In this document: one piece after another, positions 52,358 to 63,997 of the stretch
Layout: every line of letters begins with the position of its first letter
Numbering within the stretch: position 1 is the first letter of the stretch
NCBI GenBank assembly: GCA_964615975.1
Contig: CAZTTH010000008.1
Location: forward strand, 13,814-77,813
Source: an uncultured Lentisphaerales bacterium
GTDB taxonomy: Bacteria > Verrucomicrobiota > Lentisphaeria > JABSQK01 > JAJFLO01
DNA: 64,000 nt
Reading direction: 5' to 3'
The notes under the pieces: model-generated
The model's input: only the letters and a program-made list of their open reading frames with translations
Database searches by the model: none
Told to the model about the DNA's origin: nothing
Program-made: the position numbers and the translations under genes

Positions 52358-53698
52358 ATGCTGTTTTCCGCTGACTTTGGTAAGAATCCACCGCCAAATT
52401 CGCGGGTGGAGCAACCGCTTGCCGCGCGTTTGCGGCCCAGAACCTTTAGTGAGTTTGTCGGCCAGGAGCATCTTCTTGGGGCAGGCAAACCTTTGCGTGT
52501 TGCAATTGATAATAATACTCTGTCTTCGCTCATCCTTTTCGGGCCTCCGGGAGTGGGAAAAACCACCATCGCGGCGCTGATCACAGCAACTGCCGCTGCC
52601 CGGTTCGAACGCTTGAGTGCTGTCGTTGCGACGGTATCAGATATCCGCCGGTGCATTGAAAACGCGGCCCGGGAATGGCAGTCAGGCACGGGCAGGCGAA
52701 CCTATTTATTTATCGATGAAATCCATCGCTTCAATAAGGCGCAACAGGATGTGCTTCTGCCGGATGTCGAAAATGGCACCATTCGTTTAATCGGCGCCAC
52801 CACAGAAAATCCTTTTTTCCATGTCATCGGCCCTTTGCTTTCGCGTTCTCAAGTATACCAGCTCCACCCCTTAATGACGGCGGATATCCTTTCCATTCTC
52901 GATCAGGCCTGCCAGGACGAACGCGGATTTCCGGGATGGCAAATTCATCTGCTGCCGGAGGCGGCACAATTCATCGCCGAATCATGCGAAGGCGATGCCC
53001 GCAAGGCATTGAATATTTTGGAAGTTGTGGTGACGGCAGCAACCCAAGATAATTCCACGGCGGCCCAGTCACTGACAATCTCCCTGAAACAAGTGGAAAA
53101 CGCGTTGCAAACCAAAGCGATCGACTATGGAGCTGATGGCCATTATGATACCATCAGCGCGTTTATTAAAAGCATGCGCGGCAGTGATCCCAATGCTGCC
53201 ATTTATTGGCTGGCAAAAATGTTGTATGCCGGAGAGGATTTGCGGTTTATTGCCCGTCGAATCATTATTTTTGCGGCTGAAGATGTGGGCAATGCCGATC
53301 CGCGGGCACTGGTGCTGGCGGTCAATGCCTTGCAGGCAGTGCAGGCAATTGGCATGCCGGAGGCTCGCATCATCCTTGCTCAAGCAGTCACGTTTTGTGC
53401 CACGTGTCCTAAAAGTAATGCGTCCTACCTTGCCATTAACCGCGCCATGCACGATGTCGAGCACCATCCGGTTGCCTCGGTGCCGGTTCATTTGCGTGAT
53501 GCTCATTATGCCGGAGCGAAACGGTTGGAACACGGTAAGGGGTATCAATATCCCCATGATTATCCCGGACACTTCATTGCACAGGAATATCTCCCTGAAC
53601 CGCGAATTTATTATGAACCAGCCGATAGTGGGTATGAAACGCGGATCAAGGAACGGATGCGGGATTGGAATGAACAAAGGAAAAATACGACCGCATGA
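52358..53698 (+). CDS. rarA: Replication-associated recombination protein A (AAA+)
   Basis: [28 protein letters not shown] and a MgsA C-terminal domain. Confidence 0.85.
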   Translation: MLFSADFGKNPPPNSRVEQPLAARLRPRTFSEFVGQEHLLGAGKPLRVAIDNNTLSSLILFGPPGVGKTTIAALITATAAARFERLSAVVATVSDIRRCIENAAREWQSGTGRRTYLFIDEIHRFNKAQQDVLLPDVENGTIRLIGATTENPFFHVIGPLLSRSQVYQLHPLMTADILSILDQACQDERGFPGWQIHLLPEAAQFIAESCEGDARKALNILEVVVTAATQDNSTAAQSLTISLKQVENALQTKAIDYGADGHYDTISAFIKSMRGSDPNAAIYWLAKMLYAGEDLRFIARRIIIFAAEDVGNADPRALVLAVNALQAVQAIGMPEARIILAQAVTFCATCPKSNASYLAINRAMHDVEHHPVASVPVHLRDAHYAGAKRLEHGKGYQYPHDYPGHFIAQEYLPEPRIYYEPADSGYETRIKERMRDWNEQRKNTTA

Positions 53699-54342
53699 AT
53701 CAATCATTGAGATTAAAAAAGAAGCGTCAACGTGACGCGCTTCTGAAGCGGCGGCAAGCCATGGCAGAAGGTGAATCAAAGATAGCTGGTGAACGAGTTA
53801 CCCGCCTTTTGCTCGATGTGCCGTGGGTGCGGAAGATACGCCATATTGTTGCTTACGCGGCAGTGGGCAATGAAATTTCACTGGATCATTTTGTGGCGCT
53901 AATGGGCGATCTGGGCGCGCAAATTTTTTATCCTCGTTACAATAAGGACCGCGATCAATATGATGTGGCATTTGTGGATCAACCTGAAACTGATTTCATT
54001 TCCGGTCCACATGGGATTCGCGAACCTCGGCCTGAGGCTCCGGGAATTCAGGTCAAGGAGATCGCCAATCGGATTCTCTGGCTTGTTCCCGGTGTCGCGT
54101 TTGATCGAACTGGCGGGCGCTTGGGGCGGGGTTACGGTCATTACGACCGGATGCTGCAGGGTACGGAAGGAATAAGGATAGGAATTGGTTACGATTGGCA
54201 GATCATAGATAAGGTTGCCATTGGCTCGGAAGACATTCTGATGCAGTATGTGGTTACGGATCGTCAGTGGGTCGAATGTCGCAATCAAACCAAGACTAGA
54301 AATTTAATCAGGAGTGGAGATCGACAGCAACAACCGATTTAG
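53695..54342 (+). CDS. 5-formyltetrahydrofolate cyclo-ligase
   Basis: GRGYGHYDRML motif. Has an ATGA overlap with rarA. Confidence 0.65.
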   Translation: MNQSLRLKKKRQRDALLKRRQAMAEGESKIAGERVTRLLLDVPWVRKIRHIVAYAAVGNEISLDHFVALMGDLGAQIFYPRYNKDRDQYDVAFVDQPETDFISGPHGIREPRPEAPGIQVKEIANRILWLVPGVAFDRTGGRLGRGYGHYDRMLQGTEGIRIGIGYDWQIIDKVAIGSEDILMQYVVTDRQWVECRNQTKTRNLIRSGDRQQQPI

Positions 54343-54446
54343 GCATAATTATCGCGGATGCGAATGCCATGGGTACATGCGGAACTCCATCCCTCTGATG
54401 GAATACAAGGACAATTAACAATTGATACAATGAAGGAGAAATAGTT

Positions 54447-56009
54447 ATGGCATTAGTATTTGCACTAATATTGGCGATCGTCGGAGCCGTTATCGGAGCA
54501 GGAGTTGGGTATATCATGGCGCAAAAAGCCAGTCAGAACGCCCGAAAAACCATCGATGAACTGGTCCTTGAAATGAAGAACAATGCGACGCTGGAGGCCG
54601 AACAGATTATTAAGGAAGCCAAATTAAAGGCCAAGGAAGAAGCGATTAAAATGCGGGAGGATTTTGAACAGTCTACCCGGGATCGAAAACTGGAACTGCA
54701 TGAAGTAGAAAGACGTTACAAGGAGCGTGAAACAACCATCGATAAAAAAATGGACATTGTCCAGAATCGGCTCGATGAAGTCATGCGTCGAGAAAAGGAA
54801 ATTGATGAAATCGAGAAACGGTTTAAATCCCGACAACATGAACTCGATGAAATAAGCAAAAAACAAATTGTTCAACTGGAAGGGATCGCCATGCTTACTC
54901 GTGATCAGGCCCGGGTGCAAATCATGCAAAAGTTGGAGCAGGACCTGGTCAATGATCGGGGCGTATTGATTCGTCGGCATTTGGATGAACTCAAGCAAAA
55001 ATGCAAAAAAGAATCCCAGGTGCTGATGATCCAGGCAATGCAAAAATTTGCCAGTGAATGTGCCAATGAGCGCACCACCGCTACGGTCGCCCTGCCCTCA
55101 GATGAAATGAAAGGCCGGATTATTGGCCGCGATGGCCGGAATATTCGTGTCTTTGAAGCTGAAACCGGGGTGAATGTGCTCATCGATGATACCCCATCAG
55201 CGGTAGTTTTGACCTGTTTTGAGCCAACCCGCTTGGAAATCGCCCGCCTGGCAATGGAGAAATTGGTGGAAGATGGTCGGATTCATCCGACTCGGGTAGA
55301 AGAAGTTGTGAATTGGGCAAAAACTGAAGTTGAAAGTGAATTGGTGCGCGCGGCGGAAGAAGCGATACATGAATTGCGCATCGGTCATGTCAATCCCCAG
55401 GTCATATCCGTATTGGGTAAACTAAAGTTTCGTTATAGTTATTCGCAAAATGTACTTAAGCATTCGATTGAAGTGGCTAAATTTATGTCGATCATCGCCG
55501 CTGAGCTCGGTCTGAATGTGGAGAAAGCCAAACGCATGGGGTTGTTTCATGATATCGGTAAGGCCTTGGATGATGAGATCGAGGGGCCCCATGCGATGAT
55601 AGGCAGAGAATTTCTCAAGCGTGCCGGTGAAGATTCGGAAGTCGTTAATGGCGTTGGTTGCCATCATGGCGATATTCCTGCGGAAACCCCGCTGGCTTCT
55701 CTGGTGAGTGTCTGTGATGCCATGAGTGCCAGCCGGCCAGGTGCCCGCTCTGAAACCAATGAAGTGTATATTAAAAGACTGGAGCAACTCGAACAAATTG
55801 GCAAAAGCTTCAATGGCATTGAATCCTGCTACGCGGTTCAGGCAGGCCGGGAATTGCGGGTGATCGTCGAACCCGCAAAAATGAGTGAAGGCGAAGCGCA
55901 TTCACTGTCTCGCGATATTTGCCTAAAGATTGAGTCGGAAATGCAGTATCCAGGGCAGATAAAAGTATGCGTTATTCGTGAAACCCGCGCCATTGTCTAT
56001 GCGCGTTAA
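54447..56009 (+). CDS. rny: Ribonuclease Y
   Basis: N-terminal TM helix, coiled coil, KH domain (RIIGRDGRNIR) and HD domain (HDIGKA). Confidence 0.85.
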   Translation: MALVFALILAIVGAVIGAGVGYIMAQKASQNARKTIDELVLEMKNNATLEAEQIIKEAKLKAKEEAIKMREDFEQSTRDRKLELHEVERRYKERETTIDKKMDIVQNRLDEVMRREKEIDEIEKRFKSRQHELDEISKKQIVQLEGIAMLTRDQARVQIMQKLEQDLVNDRGVLIRRHLDELKQKCKKESQVLMIQAMQKFASECANERTTATVALPSDEMKGRIIGRDGRNIRVFEAETGVNVLIDDTPSAVVLTCFEPTRLEIARLAMEKLVEDGRIHPTRVEEVVNWAKTEVESELVRAAEEAIHELRIGHVNPQVISVLGKLKFRYSYSQNVLKHSIEVAKFMSIIAAELGLNVEKAKRMGLFHDIGKALDDEIEGPHAMIGREFLKRAGEDSEVVNGVGCHHGDIPAETPLASLVSVCDAMSASRPGARSETNEVYIKRLEQLEQIGKSFNGIESCYAVQAGRELRVIVEPAKMSEGEAHSLSRDICLKIESEMQYPGQIKVCVIRETRAIVYAR

Positions 56010-56224
56010 CCGGTGCTGAAATGGGCTCTCTGTGCCGATGCTGTATGATGACGCGCGCAAGCAGCTTTGGAATTGATATTTCGCTGTTACCTGATTGTCA
56101 CCTGTCTTCCAGCATCGTTGACTCGACGATGATTCAGAGCAAGAAAGACAATGATTTTATGGGATCACAACCTTCACCTTGGAGTTGTAACCATTCAAAG
56201 CCGAATAATTGTAAGGAATAACTG

Positions 56225-56764
56225 ATGTTAATACTATCTATTTTCCTGGTCTTGACACTGTCTACGCTGGTAGCGATGAAATTACTGAATTTTCCCCTGA
56301 ATTTATTGCCCCCGCACTCATCTCCGCCACGATCTGTCATGGGCATGATAACATTATGCGGTGTGGGTTTGATCGTTTTCAATGGTCTTCAAGTCGAACA
56401 TGGCATGTTACAGAAGAAATGGCCGACTCTGCCAGGTCGGGTCATCACGGCGGTAGTCTCGGATGATTCGACCTGTGTTCCAGATATTACTTATTCCTAT
56501 GAATCTTTGGGGGTTACCTATACCGGGAGATCAGATTTGCAGGTTCCTTATTTCGGGGGCAAGAGCTCGCGCCGGGAAGTGGCGTATAAAACCATAATGG
56601 AATGCCGTCAACATCCTGTTGTCACCGTCTATGTCAATCCTGAAAACGCCGCAATTTCAACCTTGAAACCCGGTCCGCGTTGGGATCAATTTACGCGGTT
56701 GTCCTTGGGAGCATTGGTATATATGTTAGGGATCGGCGGCCTAATTTCGGTCGGCAAAAATTAA
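56225..56764 (+). CDS. DUF3592-like membrane protein
   Basis: N- and C-terminal TM helices flanking a beta-rich segment. Confidence 0.4.
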   Translation: MLILSIFLVLTLSTLVAMKLLNFPLNLLPPHSSPPRSVMGMITLCGVGLIVFNGLQVEHGMLQKKWPTLPGRVITAVVSDDSTCVPDITYSYESLGVTYTGRSDLQVPYFGGKSSRREVAYKTIMECRQHPVVTVYVNPENAAISTLKPGPRWDQFTRLSLGALVYMLGIGGLISVGKN

Positions 56765-56940
56765 GTCGAATTCCGTAGTCGGGGTTAGAGATTATTTTCC
56801 ACAAATCGCTAAACCGCAATCCTGTATCGCATTCTCCGCGAGAGTTGTAACGAGCTTAATTGACAGGCCAGAGTAGATCAGGCAGAAAACCTGAATTTCT
56901 CAGAGGCAATCACACTTCTCTCGTCCACTTCCTTCAGGTT

Positions 56941-58851
56941 TTATTCCTCCCCAAATGCCAGCCATGCAGTTGCCGACGCGTCAGATGGCATCCGCCAATC
57001 ACCGCGTGGAGAAAGTCCGATTGTCCCGACCTTGGGCCCATCTGGTAGGCAGCTGCGTTTGTATTGGTTGCTGAAGAAGCGTTTGAGGAATACCGCGAGC
57101 CAACGGTCGATGACTTCGGGTTGATATTGACCGGCAAATGCATGAATGGCTAAAAATCTGATTTTTGCGGGTGACGCTCCGTATTTAAGCAGATGATAGA
57201 GGAAGAAGTCGTGTAATTGGAAGGGGCCAATGATCTTTTCAGTTTCCTGCCCAATGCTTCCGTCTGCTTTGGGCTCGGTTAGTTCCGGTGAGATCGGTGT
57301 ATTCAAAATATCGATTAAAATCTTCATCAGCTCTGTCGAGGAATGATCCGCGACCCATTTGATAATATATTGGACCAATGTTTTGGGTATGCCGCTGTTA
57401 ATTCCGTACATTGACATGTGATCGCCATTATAGGTGGACCAGCCCAGCGCCAACTCCGAGAGATCGCCGGTGCCCACCACCAATCCATGGTTTTGATTGG
57501 CCAGATTCATCAGGATAAGGGTTCGTGTCCTTGCCTGAATGTTTTCAAATGTGGTATCCTGGCATTTGGGATCGTGGTTGATATCCTTATAGTGCTGATT
57601 GCAGGCGTCTCGGATTGAAATTTCACGAAAATTAGTATTCAATGCCAGGCACAGCTTTACCGCTTGTGAGAGGGTTTTGCTGCTGGTTCCAAAGCCCGGC
57701 ATGGTGACCGTGATAATTGAGTCGTTCTCTTTCTTTAATAATTTTGCGGTTTCACAGACTGCCAGTAATGCCAGGGTTGAATCCAATCCGCCGGAAATAC
57801 CAATGATCATCGTATGCGCTTGTGTATGCACCCAGCGTTTAGCCAGGCCTGCGGCTTGAATTTGAAAAATTTCCTGGCATCGTTCATTGCGGGTTTCGCT
57901 TTTACGGGGAATAAAAGGATGGGGATCAAAGACGCGTTGCAGGCGGGTAATCGTGGGCTTCAATGTCAGCGGTATATGACGGTACGATGCCGGTTGGTTT
58001 TGCTTGAAACAGGTTTCGGACAGTCGACTCATCGTCAACCGCTGGCTATCAATATCGCCGCAGAGAAGTTGGTTACTGCGTATGAAGCGCTCATTTTCAG
58101 CCAATAATATGCCGTTTTCCGCGATCAGGCAATGACCGCCAAAGACCAGGTCGGTGGTGGATTCGGTTACGCCGCTTGAAGAATACACATAGGCGCACAC
58201 ACACCGGGCGCTCTGGTGGCGAACCAGTTCGCGGCGATAATCCGCTTTGGCAACCAGTTCATTGCTGGCCGACAGGTTGGCAATAATCGTCGCGCCTGCC
58301 AATGCGTGATGACAACTGGGGGGAATCACATTCCACAGATCTTCGCATATCTCTACGCCCAGGATGGCTTCATGGTTTATGGGAAAAAGCAGATCGACAC
58401 CAAATGGTATTGGCGTGCCAAAAATCTCAATGGTGTCACCGACAAGCTCTTTGCCTGGTTTGAACCACCGCTGTTCGTAATATTCCTTGTAATCAGGCAG
58501 ATAACTTTTGGGTACAATGCCCTGAATTTTCCCTTGATGGATGACGACGGCACAGTTGTATAATCGATCACGATGACGCAAAGGGCAGCCGATTATGGTG
58601 ACAGGAGAGCGTTTCTTACCCAGTGTCGTAAGCAGGGTATTCAATCCTTCAAGGGTTGCCGTCTGCAGTTGATCCTGAAAGAACAGGTCGCCACAAGAGT
58701 AACCGGTCAGGCATAATTCCGGAAATACCACAACCGCCGCTTCTTCAGTTTGAGCTTGGGTTATCAGGCTGAGAATGTTCTTGATATTGGCATCCACATC
58801 AGCAACTGAAATGGTTGGCACGGCGCAACTTAAACGTATAAAACCATGCAT
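56941..58851 (-). CDS. nadE: Glutamine-dependent NAD+ synthetase
   Basis: N-terminal CN-hydrolase domain (FPELCLTGY) and C-terminal PP-loop SGGLDS. Confidence 0.85.
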   Translation of the reverse strand: MHGFIRLSCAVPTISVADVDANIKNILSLITQAQTEEAAVVVFPELCLTGYSCGDLFFQDQLQTATLEGLNTLLTTLGKKRSPVTIIGCPLRHRDRLYNCAVVIHQGKIQGIVPKSYLPDYKEYYEQRWFKPGKELVGDTIEIFGTPIPFGVDLLFPINHEAILGVEICEDLWNVIPPSCHHALAGATIIANLSASNELVAKADYRRELVRHQSARCVCAYVYSSSGVTESTTDLVFGGHCLIAENGILLAENERFIRSNQLLCGDIDSQRLTMSRLSETCFKQNQPASYRHIPLTLKPTITRLQRVFDPHPFIPRKSETRNERCQEIFQIQAAGLAKRWVHTQAHTMIIGISGGLDSTLALLAVCETAKLLKKENDSIITVTMPGFGTSSKTLSQAVKLCLALNTNFREISIRDACNQHYKDINHDPKCQDTTFENIQARTRTLILMNLANQNHGLVVGTGDLSELALGWSTYNGDHMSMYGINSGIPKTLVQYIIKWVADHSSTELMKILIDILNTPISPELTEPKADGSIGQETEKIIGPFQLHDFFLYHLLKYGASPAKIRFLAIHAFAGQYQPEVIDRWLAVFLKRFFSNQYKRSCLPDGPKVGTIGLSPRGDWRMPSDASATAWLAFGEE

Positions 58852-58882
58852 CGTAACCCCCGTGATTACAGTAGTGAGTTAA

Positions 58883-59899
58883 TTAAAACTGCTGCAGAAA
58901 GCGGACATCGTTTTCATACAACAGCCGGATATCCGGAATCTTGTATCGAATCATTGCCAATCGTTCGACTCCCATGCCGAATGCAAATCCAGTAATATGA
59001 TCGGGATCGTAACCGACCGAGGTAAAAACTGCGGGATCAACCATCCCGGCGCCAGAGATTTCCAACCAGCCGCTTTGCTTGCAGATTGAGCACCCTTCTC
59101 CGCGACAATTGATGCAACTAAAGTCATACTCCAAACTCGGTTCGGTAAATGGGAAAAAATGAGGCCGAAATCTTACTTGGATGTCGGGACCAAACATTTC
59201 ATGGGCAAATCGCAGGAGTGTTCCTTTTAATTCAGCCATTGATACCTGCCGGTTGACATATAACCCTTCGATTTGATGAAAATTCATGCTGTGGGTCGCG
59301 TCGGGAGTGTCACGTCGGTAACAACGACCGGTTGCGATAATGCGCACCGGCGGTTGTTGCTTCTCCATTACCCGGATCTGTACCGGGGAGGTGTGAGTGC
59401 GGAGGAGTCGCCCGTCGGCAAAATAAAAGGTATCCTGCAAATCTCTCGAGGGATGATCGGAAGGGGTGTTGAGGGCATCAAAATTGTGATATTCGTCTTC
59501 GATGTCAGGACCATCGGCCACAATAAATCCCATACGGCGAAAAATGTCGACCGCGTCGTCAATCACATGATTGATGGGATGTTTATATCCAGTTTTACGC
59601 CGGCGTCCCGGAAGAGTCACATCAATAGTTCGGTCAGCTGCTGAAGTATTTTTGATCACAACCAGTCTTCGATCAATCGCTTCCTGGAGTGTTTTCTTGA
59701 CCCCATTGGCTTTTTTACCGGTTTCCGGCCGTTCTTCGGGTGACAATATCCCCAGGCTTTTCATCATCTGTGAAATAGCGCCATTTCTGCCTAAGTATAA
59801 AGCTTTAATGGCTTCGAGTTCCGGTATCGTTTCGACCTGGTCAATTGCTGTCAGGCCATTTTGCAACGCAGAGTCGAGATGTGTCATCAAATCGTTCAT
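58883..59899 (-). CDS. pheS: Phenylalanine--tRNA ligase alpha subunit
   Basis: Class II aaRS motifs (FRPHFFPFTEPS; GFAFGMGVERLAM). Confidence 0.85.
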   Translation of the reverse strand: MNDLMTHLDSALQNGLTAIDQVETIPELEAIKALYLGRNGAISQMMKSLGILSPEERPETGKKANGVKKTLQEAIDRRLVVIKNTSAADRTIDVTLPGRRRKTGYKHPINHVIDDAVDIFRRMGFIVADGPDIEDEYHNFDALNTPSDHPSRDLQDTFYFADGRLLRTHTSPVQIRVMEKQQPPVRIIATGRCYRRDTPDATHSMNFHQIEGLYVNRQVSMAELKGTLLRFAHEMFGPDIQVRFRPHFFPFTEPSLEYDFSCINCRGEGCSICKQSGWLEISGAGMVDPAVFTSVGYDPDHITGFAFGMGVERLAMIRYKIPDIRLLYENDVRFLQQF

Positions 59900-60599
59900 G
59901 GGGTGACGTTTGTTTCCAATTAATTATATTAGTATCGATTCAAGTACATTTGGTTTTCACGATATTATTCGCTCTCGTACGATTATCTGATTATATACTA
60001 ATCGTTATCAGGTTTTCTTAATTTTATTGATCTGGGATGGATGTCTTTTGTAAGCCCGAAGGGCTGAGATGTAGCCCAGGGTAACACCCTTGGGTAGGTT
60101 AAATCAATGAAAATTTAGCTGTGAAGGAGTGTAATAAATGTTGGAAATTCCGAAAACCTGATTCATACAAGTTTATAACTATCCTCACAATCTTGATCGA
60201 GATTTTTTTTATGTTAGATCAGTCGAATCCTTTTTGGCAACCTCCCCCTTGTCTCTTCATCAGATGTGGATCCATGTCCCGGTCATACTTTTGAAGATAC
60301 AAACTTGACGAGAATAAAATGCACCGTTCCCCGGCAGTCGTGGGCGGGCGGAGAATTCACCCCTATTACTTGATCATTACAATAGCGGAGTTCAAGTTTT
60401 ACTCAGATACTCATGATGATTGATTAATGTGCTTCTCAAGTTTTAGGAGATTGAGGGATCTAATCGACACTCCTCTTTAATGAAATCTTGGTCAAGATTG
60501 GCATTCACATTTGGTGCGGGCAAGGAATACCGAAACAGCAAACCCTTCCAGGGAAATCAGCCTCGAGGTTTGAGTGAGTGATAATAATTGACAGCACTA

Positions 60600-60632
60600 C
60601 AGAGTAAAAAATCACTTCGTTTGAAGTGATTA
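60600..60632 (-). terminator. Rho-independent terminator of the HEAT-repeat gene
   Basis: aatcacttc-aaac-gaagtgatt hairpin followed by TTTTTACTCT on the minus strand. It directly abuts the stop codon. Confidence 0.6.
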
Positions 60633-62219
60633 TCATTGGGGTACAAATTGTGGTATGGTTGGGGGAAAAGACAGACTTCCGCCAAGTAGGGGTAGAATCA
60701 GTTGCCGCAAGGTGATATCCGTGGTGGTGGCCGCGATTTCCTGGAGTAATATTGTCCCCTTATCAGGTTGAAAACGGAGTAAATGGGTGAGGACTTGCTG
60801 GCGCAATAACTGATCCTTGTCAGCCAGGGTTTGGGTGGTGATTGTTTCCCAATTGTCCAGCTGGCGACGAATGATTTCTCCCACTGCGTCTGAACGAATC
60901 GATTGTTGATCGTCGAGCATTAATTCTTCCAGCAGCAATGCGGCATCCCCATTGTTGAGTCGCCGGGAGAGCAGAATAGCGGTTTTGCGGTTGTCACCAA
61001 AACGACTTTTAGCCAGTGACATAAGTTGGGCGGTGGTTGGTTGTGGAATGCGGGGTAATAATTGTTCTGCAGCCTCGCGCACCGACCTGTCATTGTCGCA
61101 TGCCAAACTAAATAGCAGCTCAACATCTGATTCGAAACGATAGTGTAATCCGTATGTTTTCAATGCCATGGTGCGATAGCCGGGATTCGGATGTTTCATG
61201 AGTTCCTGCAAAGCAGTCCTGCCGGAATCTCCCAATACTGGCATTGATTGAATAATGGATTCCGCGAGTGTGGGATCGATTCGCGGATCATCAAGTGCTT
61301 GTCGCAATGTTTTATCGTGAGCTGGTTGACCGTGAAGAAGTAATTTTAAGCGTGCGGAATGCGCAATTTCAAAATCGCTGTCTTTGATCATTTCTTCTAG
61401 GATTTTATCTGCGCGTTTGTCATTGAATTGACCTAATATTTGGGTAAGGCGTTTACGGATGGAAATATCAGGATCCTGAGTCAGTCTGGCAATGGTCTCG
61501 AAGAGCTCCGGCATCGACAATGTTATTGATGCCGCCTGCAACGCCAACATGCGGACATCGCGATCGGCATCCAGTAATAATTTTTTTAAGTTCTCGGCGG
61601 GTAAAATTGTTTGGAAATAATGGTAATAGGTTATCATGTTTTTTCGCACGGTGACATCGCTATCCGCAAAGGCTTTTACCAGTGCGACTTTCAATTGTTC
61701 GTCAAACTCCTGTCCCGGCGTGATAATAATACCCCAACTCCGGAAGCGAAAAATTTCCGGAATATAAGATGAAATAATGCGTCGGATATAAACGTCTTCA
61801 TCGGCGATCATCTCCAGCATCGTTTGGGCGATGGTGGCGGGAATAGCTTTTTTTTCGGTAAGTGATACCAGGGCTGAACGACGAATTAGGGAAGCTGGAT
61901 CTCGCAATGATTTCTGAATTCCCAGCATAGCATTCGGTTGATTATATTTGCCCAATATCAACACCGCACGTTGACGGACTTCCACCTGTGTGGAATTCAA
62001 ATCGGCAAGGCATTTGGCAATGGTTTCCTCTTCCGTTTCTACTCCAGATATGAAAGGTTGGTTTTGGCAGTATCCTGATTGCATAATCAGCACAAATGCC
62101 CCCAGAATGATGACAGAATTGAAATACGGGAAACTAACCCCCTGAAAAACCCAAGTTTTTGTCAATGCCTGAAACATGGTAATTTCTGCTACTCTTTTTC
62201 GTCCTCCTATCCCTATCAT
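60633..62219 (-). CDS. HEAT/ARM-repeat protein with N-terminal signal-like segment
   Basis: Multiple ..DxxVRxxAxxxLG.. repeats. Confidence 0.55.
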   Translation of the reverse strand: MIGIGGRKRVAEITMFQALTKTWVFQGVSFPYFNSVIILGAFVLIMQSGYCQNQPFISGVETEEETIAKCLADLNSTQVEVRQRAVLILGKYNQPNAMLGIQKSLRDPASLIRRSALVSLTEKKAIPATIAQTMLEMIADEDVYIRRIISSYIPEIFRFRSWGIIITPGQEFDEQLKVALVKAFADSDVTVRKNMITYYHYFQTILPAENLKKLLLDADRDVRMLALQAASITLSMPELFETIARLTQDPDISIRKRLTQILGQFNDKRADKILEEMIKDSDFEIAHSARLKLLLHGQPAHDKTLRQALDDPRIDPTLAESIIQSMPVLGDSGRTALQELMKHPNPGYRTMALKTYGLHYRFESDVELLFSLACDNDRSVREAAEQLLPRIPQPTTAQLMSLAKSRFGDNRKTAILLSRRLNNGDAALLLEELMLDDQQSIRSDAVGEIIRRQLDNWETITTQTLADKDQLLRQQVLTHLLRFQPDKGTILLQEIAATTTDITLRQLILPLLGGSLSFPPTIPQFVPQ

Positions 62220-62731
62220 TTTCGTTTACCTTTCTTTCCTTGAGTGCTTACTCATCGGATCGGATGCAAGTAACTCTTTGCCGTAAAAGCAATTATCCGG
62301 CATATCGCATTAAGTCATTTTGGTCTCAAGACCAAAGCGTAATCATTACAGACTGCTGAAGGGGGATGACACATTTTTTTTCACTCATAGAATTTTAATT
62401 CACCAATCAATTAACTGCCTGGAAGCCCTTCTCGGCTTTTCCCGCTGACGTAAACCGATACGAATGTGTGCTTTCTGAGACCTACCCTGATTGGTTATAC
62501 CCTCAATAATGATTTATGTTGCAATTCCCACTTCCAATATTGGGAAGGGAATCATCTCTCAGTAATATCTCTTCAGGGAGAACAGTATCGACCGCGTATA
62601 ACACCACAGAGAGGTCCTGAGCCTGACATTACATGTTTAACGGCCATTATTTGAAAGATTGGTGAACGGTTGTGCAACGGAGTGTGGATATTCGCAGAGA
62701 ACCGCATTGATCAAAATCCCAGCTTGGATCT

Positions 62732-63832
62732 TTACAATTTACCAATCCGTTTTAAAACGCGAAGTATGTCGTCACCGCTGTTGCCGTGTGAGGCCGCGAC
62801 GTCGCGAGCTTCCATGCCAAGGTCTACTTCTAATTTAGGCAAAGTCACATATTGGTCGACTGCTTTTTTTACTCGGGTTCGTTTATGATGACCGGAAATT
62901 TGATTGAAATCATCGACTAATTCGAGCGGTTTACGTGAATATAATACCGACACGGTAATCAAGGGTTTCTTTATTTGTGGATTGTGGATTACACTGTAAA
63001 TCGGCGACACTCCATCCGTGGCAAAAAAATCAATAATATCATAAAACTTTGAGGTTAATTCGGGATCAGGCAATTCCAATAGGAACAGCGCTTCAATTGC
63101 TCCTTCTGGCGCCAACAACAATGGATTATGATGATTTTGATATTGGGTTCCAAACGACTTATTGGGATCAAATACAAACTGACAAAAGTGATTAAAATAT
63201 GGCTTGCTTTTGTACAGCGAAAAATCTTCGTGATCAATATTGCCATCCAGATTGGCAAGCTTAGCGTTTTTATCCGGAATAATGAGAAATTGCCGCAAGG
63301 AATCGATTACCATTTCATTATATGTTTTTTCAGCCAATCTTTCTGTGAACTTTACCCGGTTCGAGAATAATACCATATTTCCCGTATTTCCAGTATCGAT
63401 GGCTGCGGAAACCGGACCTTGTAAAAATATCAAGGTATTATCAACATATTCAGATGCTTCCAATTCTGGATATGGAAGAACAAACACAAACATGGTTTTG
63501 TTCGCTAGGGGTATGGTTTCATTCCCACTCAATCTTTCAAGTATTTGCGAGCAGATCCCATTGCCGGTGCCACCGCCTGTAGAACTAAAAACGATGTTGC
63601 CTCGTATAATTTCAAGAAGTTTATCGCTGATGGAATGGTATGCCTCTCGACCAATCTGGGGTTCTTTCCTGGCGCCCTTGAATTGATCCTTATATGAATG
63701 GATGACTGCCCGTATTTTTTCCTGTGCGGCCACCTTGTCCAGTTCCACCTCAGAAATATTCACAATTATCGCCTCACCATTATCCAATAATGAAGCCAAC
63801 TTGCTGCCTGCTCCGCCGATGCCAATACTCAT
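62732..63832 (-). CDS. Divergent tubulin/FtsZ-superfamily GTPase (366 aa), not canonical FtsZ
   Basis: N-terminal IGIGGAGSKLA (like IGVGGGGGNA) and tubulin signature VFSSTGGGTGNG (GGGTGxG). No FtsZ C-terminal tail. Confidence 0.55.
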   Translation of the reverse strand: MSIGIGGAGSKLASLLDNGEAIIVNISEVELDKVAAQEKIRAVIHSYKDQFKGARKEPQIGREAYHSISDKLLEIIRGNIVFSSTGGGTGNGICSQILERLSGNETIPLANKTMFVFVLPYPELEASEYVDNTLIFLQGPVSAAIDTGNTGNMVLFSNRVKFTERLAEKTYNEMVIDSLRQFLIIPDKNAKLANLDGNIDHEDFSLYKSKPYFNHFCQFVFDPNKSFGTQYQNHHNPLLLAPEGAIEALFLLELPDPELTSKFYDIIDFFATDGVSPIYSVIHNPQIKKPLITVSVLYSRKPLELVDDFNQISGHHKRTRVKKAVDQYVTLPKLEVDLGMEARDVAASHGNSGDDILRVLKRIGKL

Positions 63833-63835
63833 GTT

Positions 63836-63997
63836 TTAGCCCTCCAGAAAAAGAGATGATTTGGTGGTGAATGATCGTTGTTTTATTAATATTTCCAATG
63901 CTTTTGCGCCTTCCTTGGTGATATAAAGATTGCGCCGATTTTGCTCCAATAGAATGGCAATAAAACACAGCAGTGAAAGCGATTCGATATATGTCAT
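63836..63997 (-). CDS. Small ORF (53 aa from the ATG at 63997) ending 4 nt upstream of the tubulin-like gene; it may instead be the 3' end of a longer gene that starts beyond the window edge
   Basis: Translation is MTYIESLSLLCFIAILLEQNRRNLYITKEGAKALEILIKQRSFTTKSSLFLEG*. The frame is still open at the window edge. Confidence 0.3.
   Translation of the reverse strand: MTYIESLSLLCFIAILLEQNRRNLYITKEGAKALEILIKQRSFTTKSSLFLEG

Noticed and set aside
59900-60632. T-box leader for pheS
   Set aside because: No T-box sequence or specifier-loop arrangement was recognisable.
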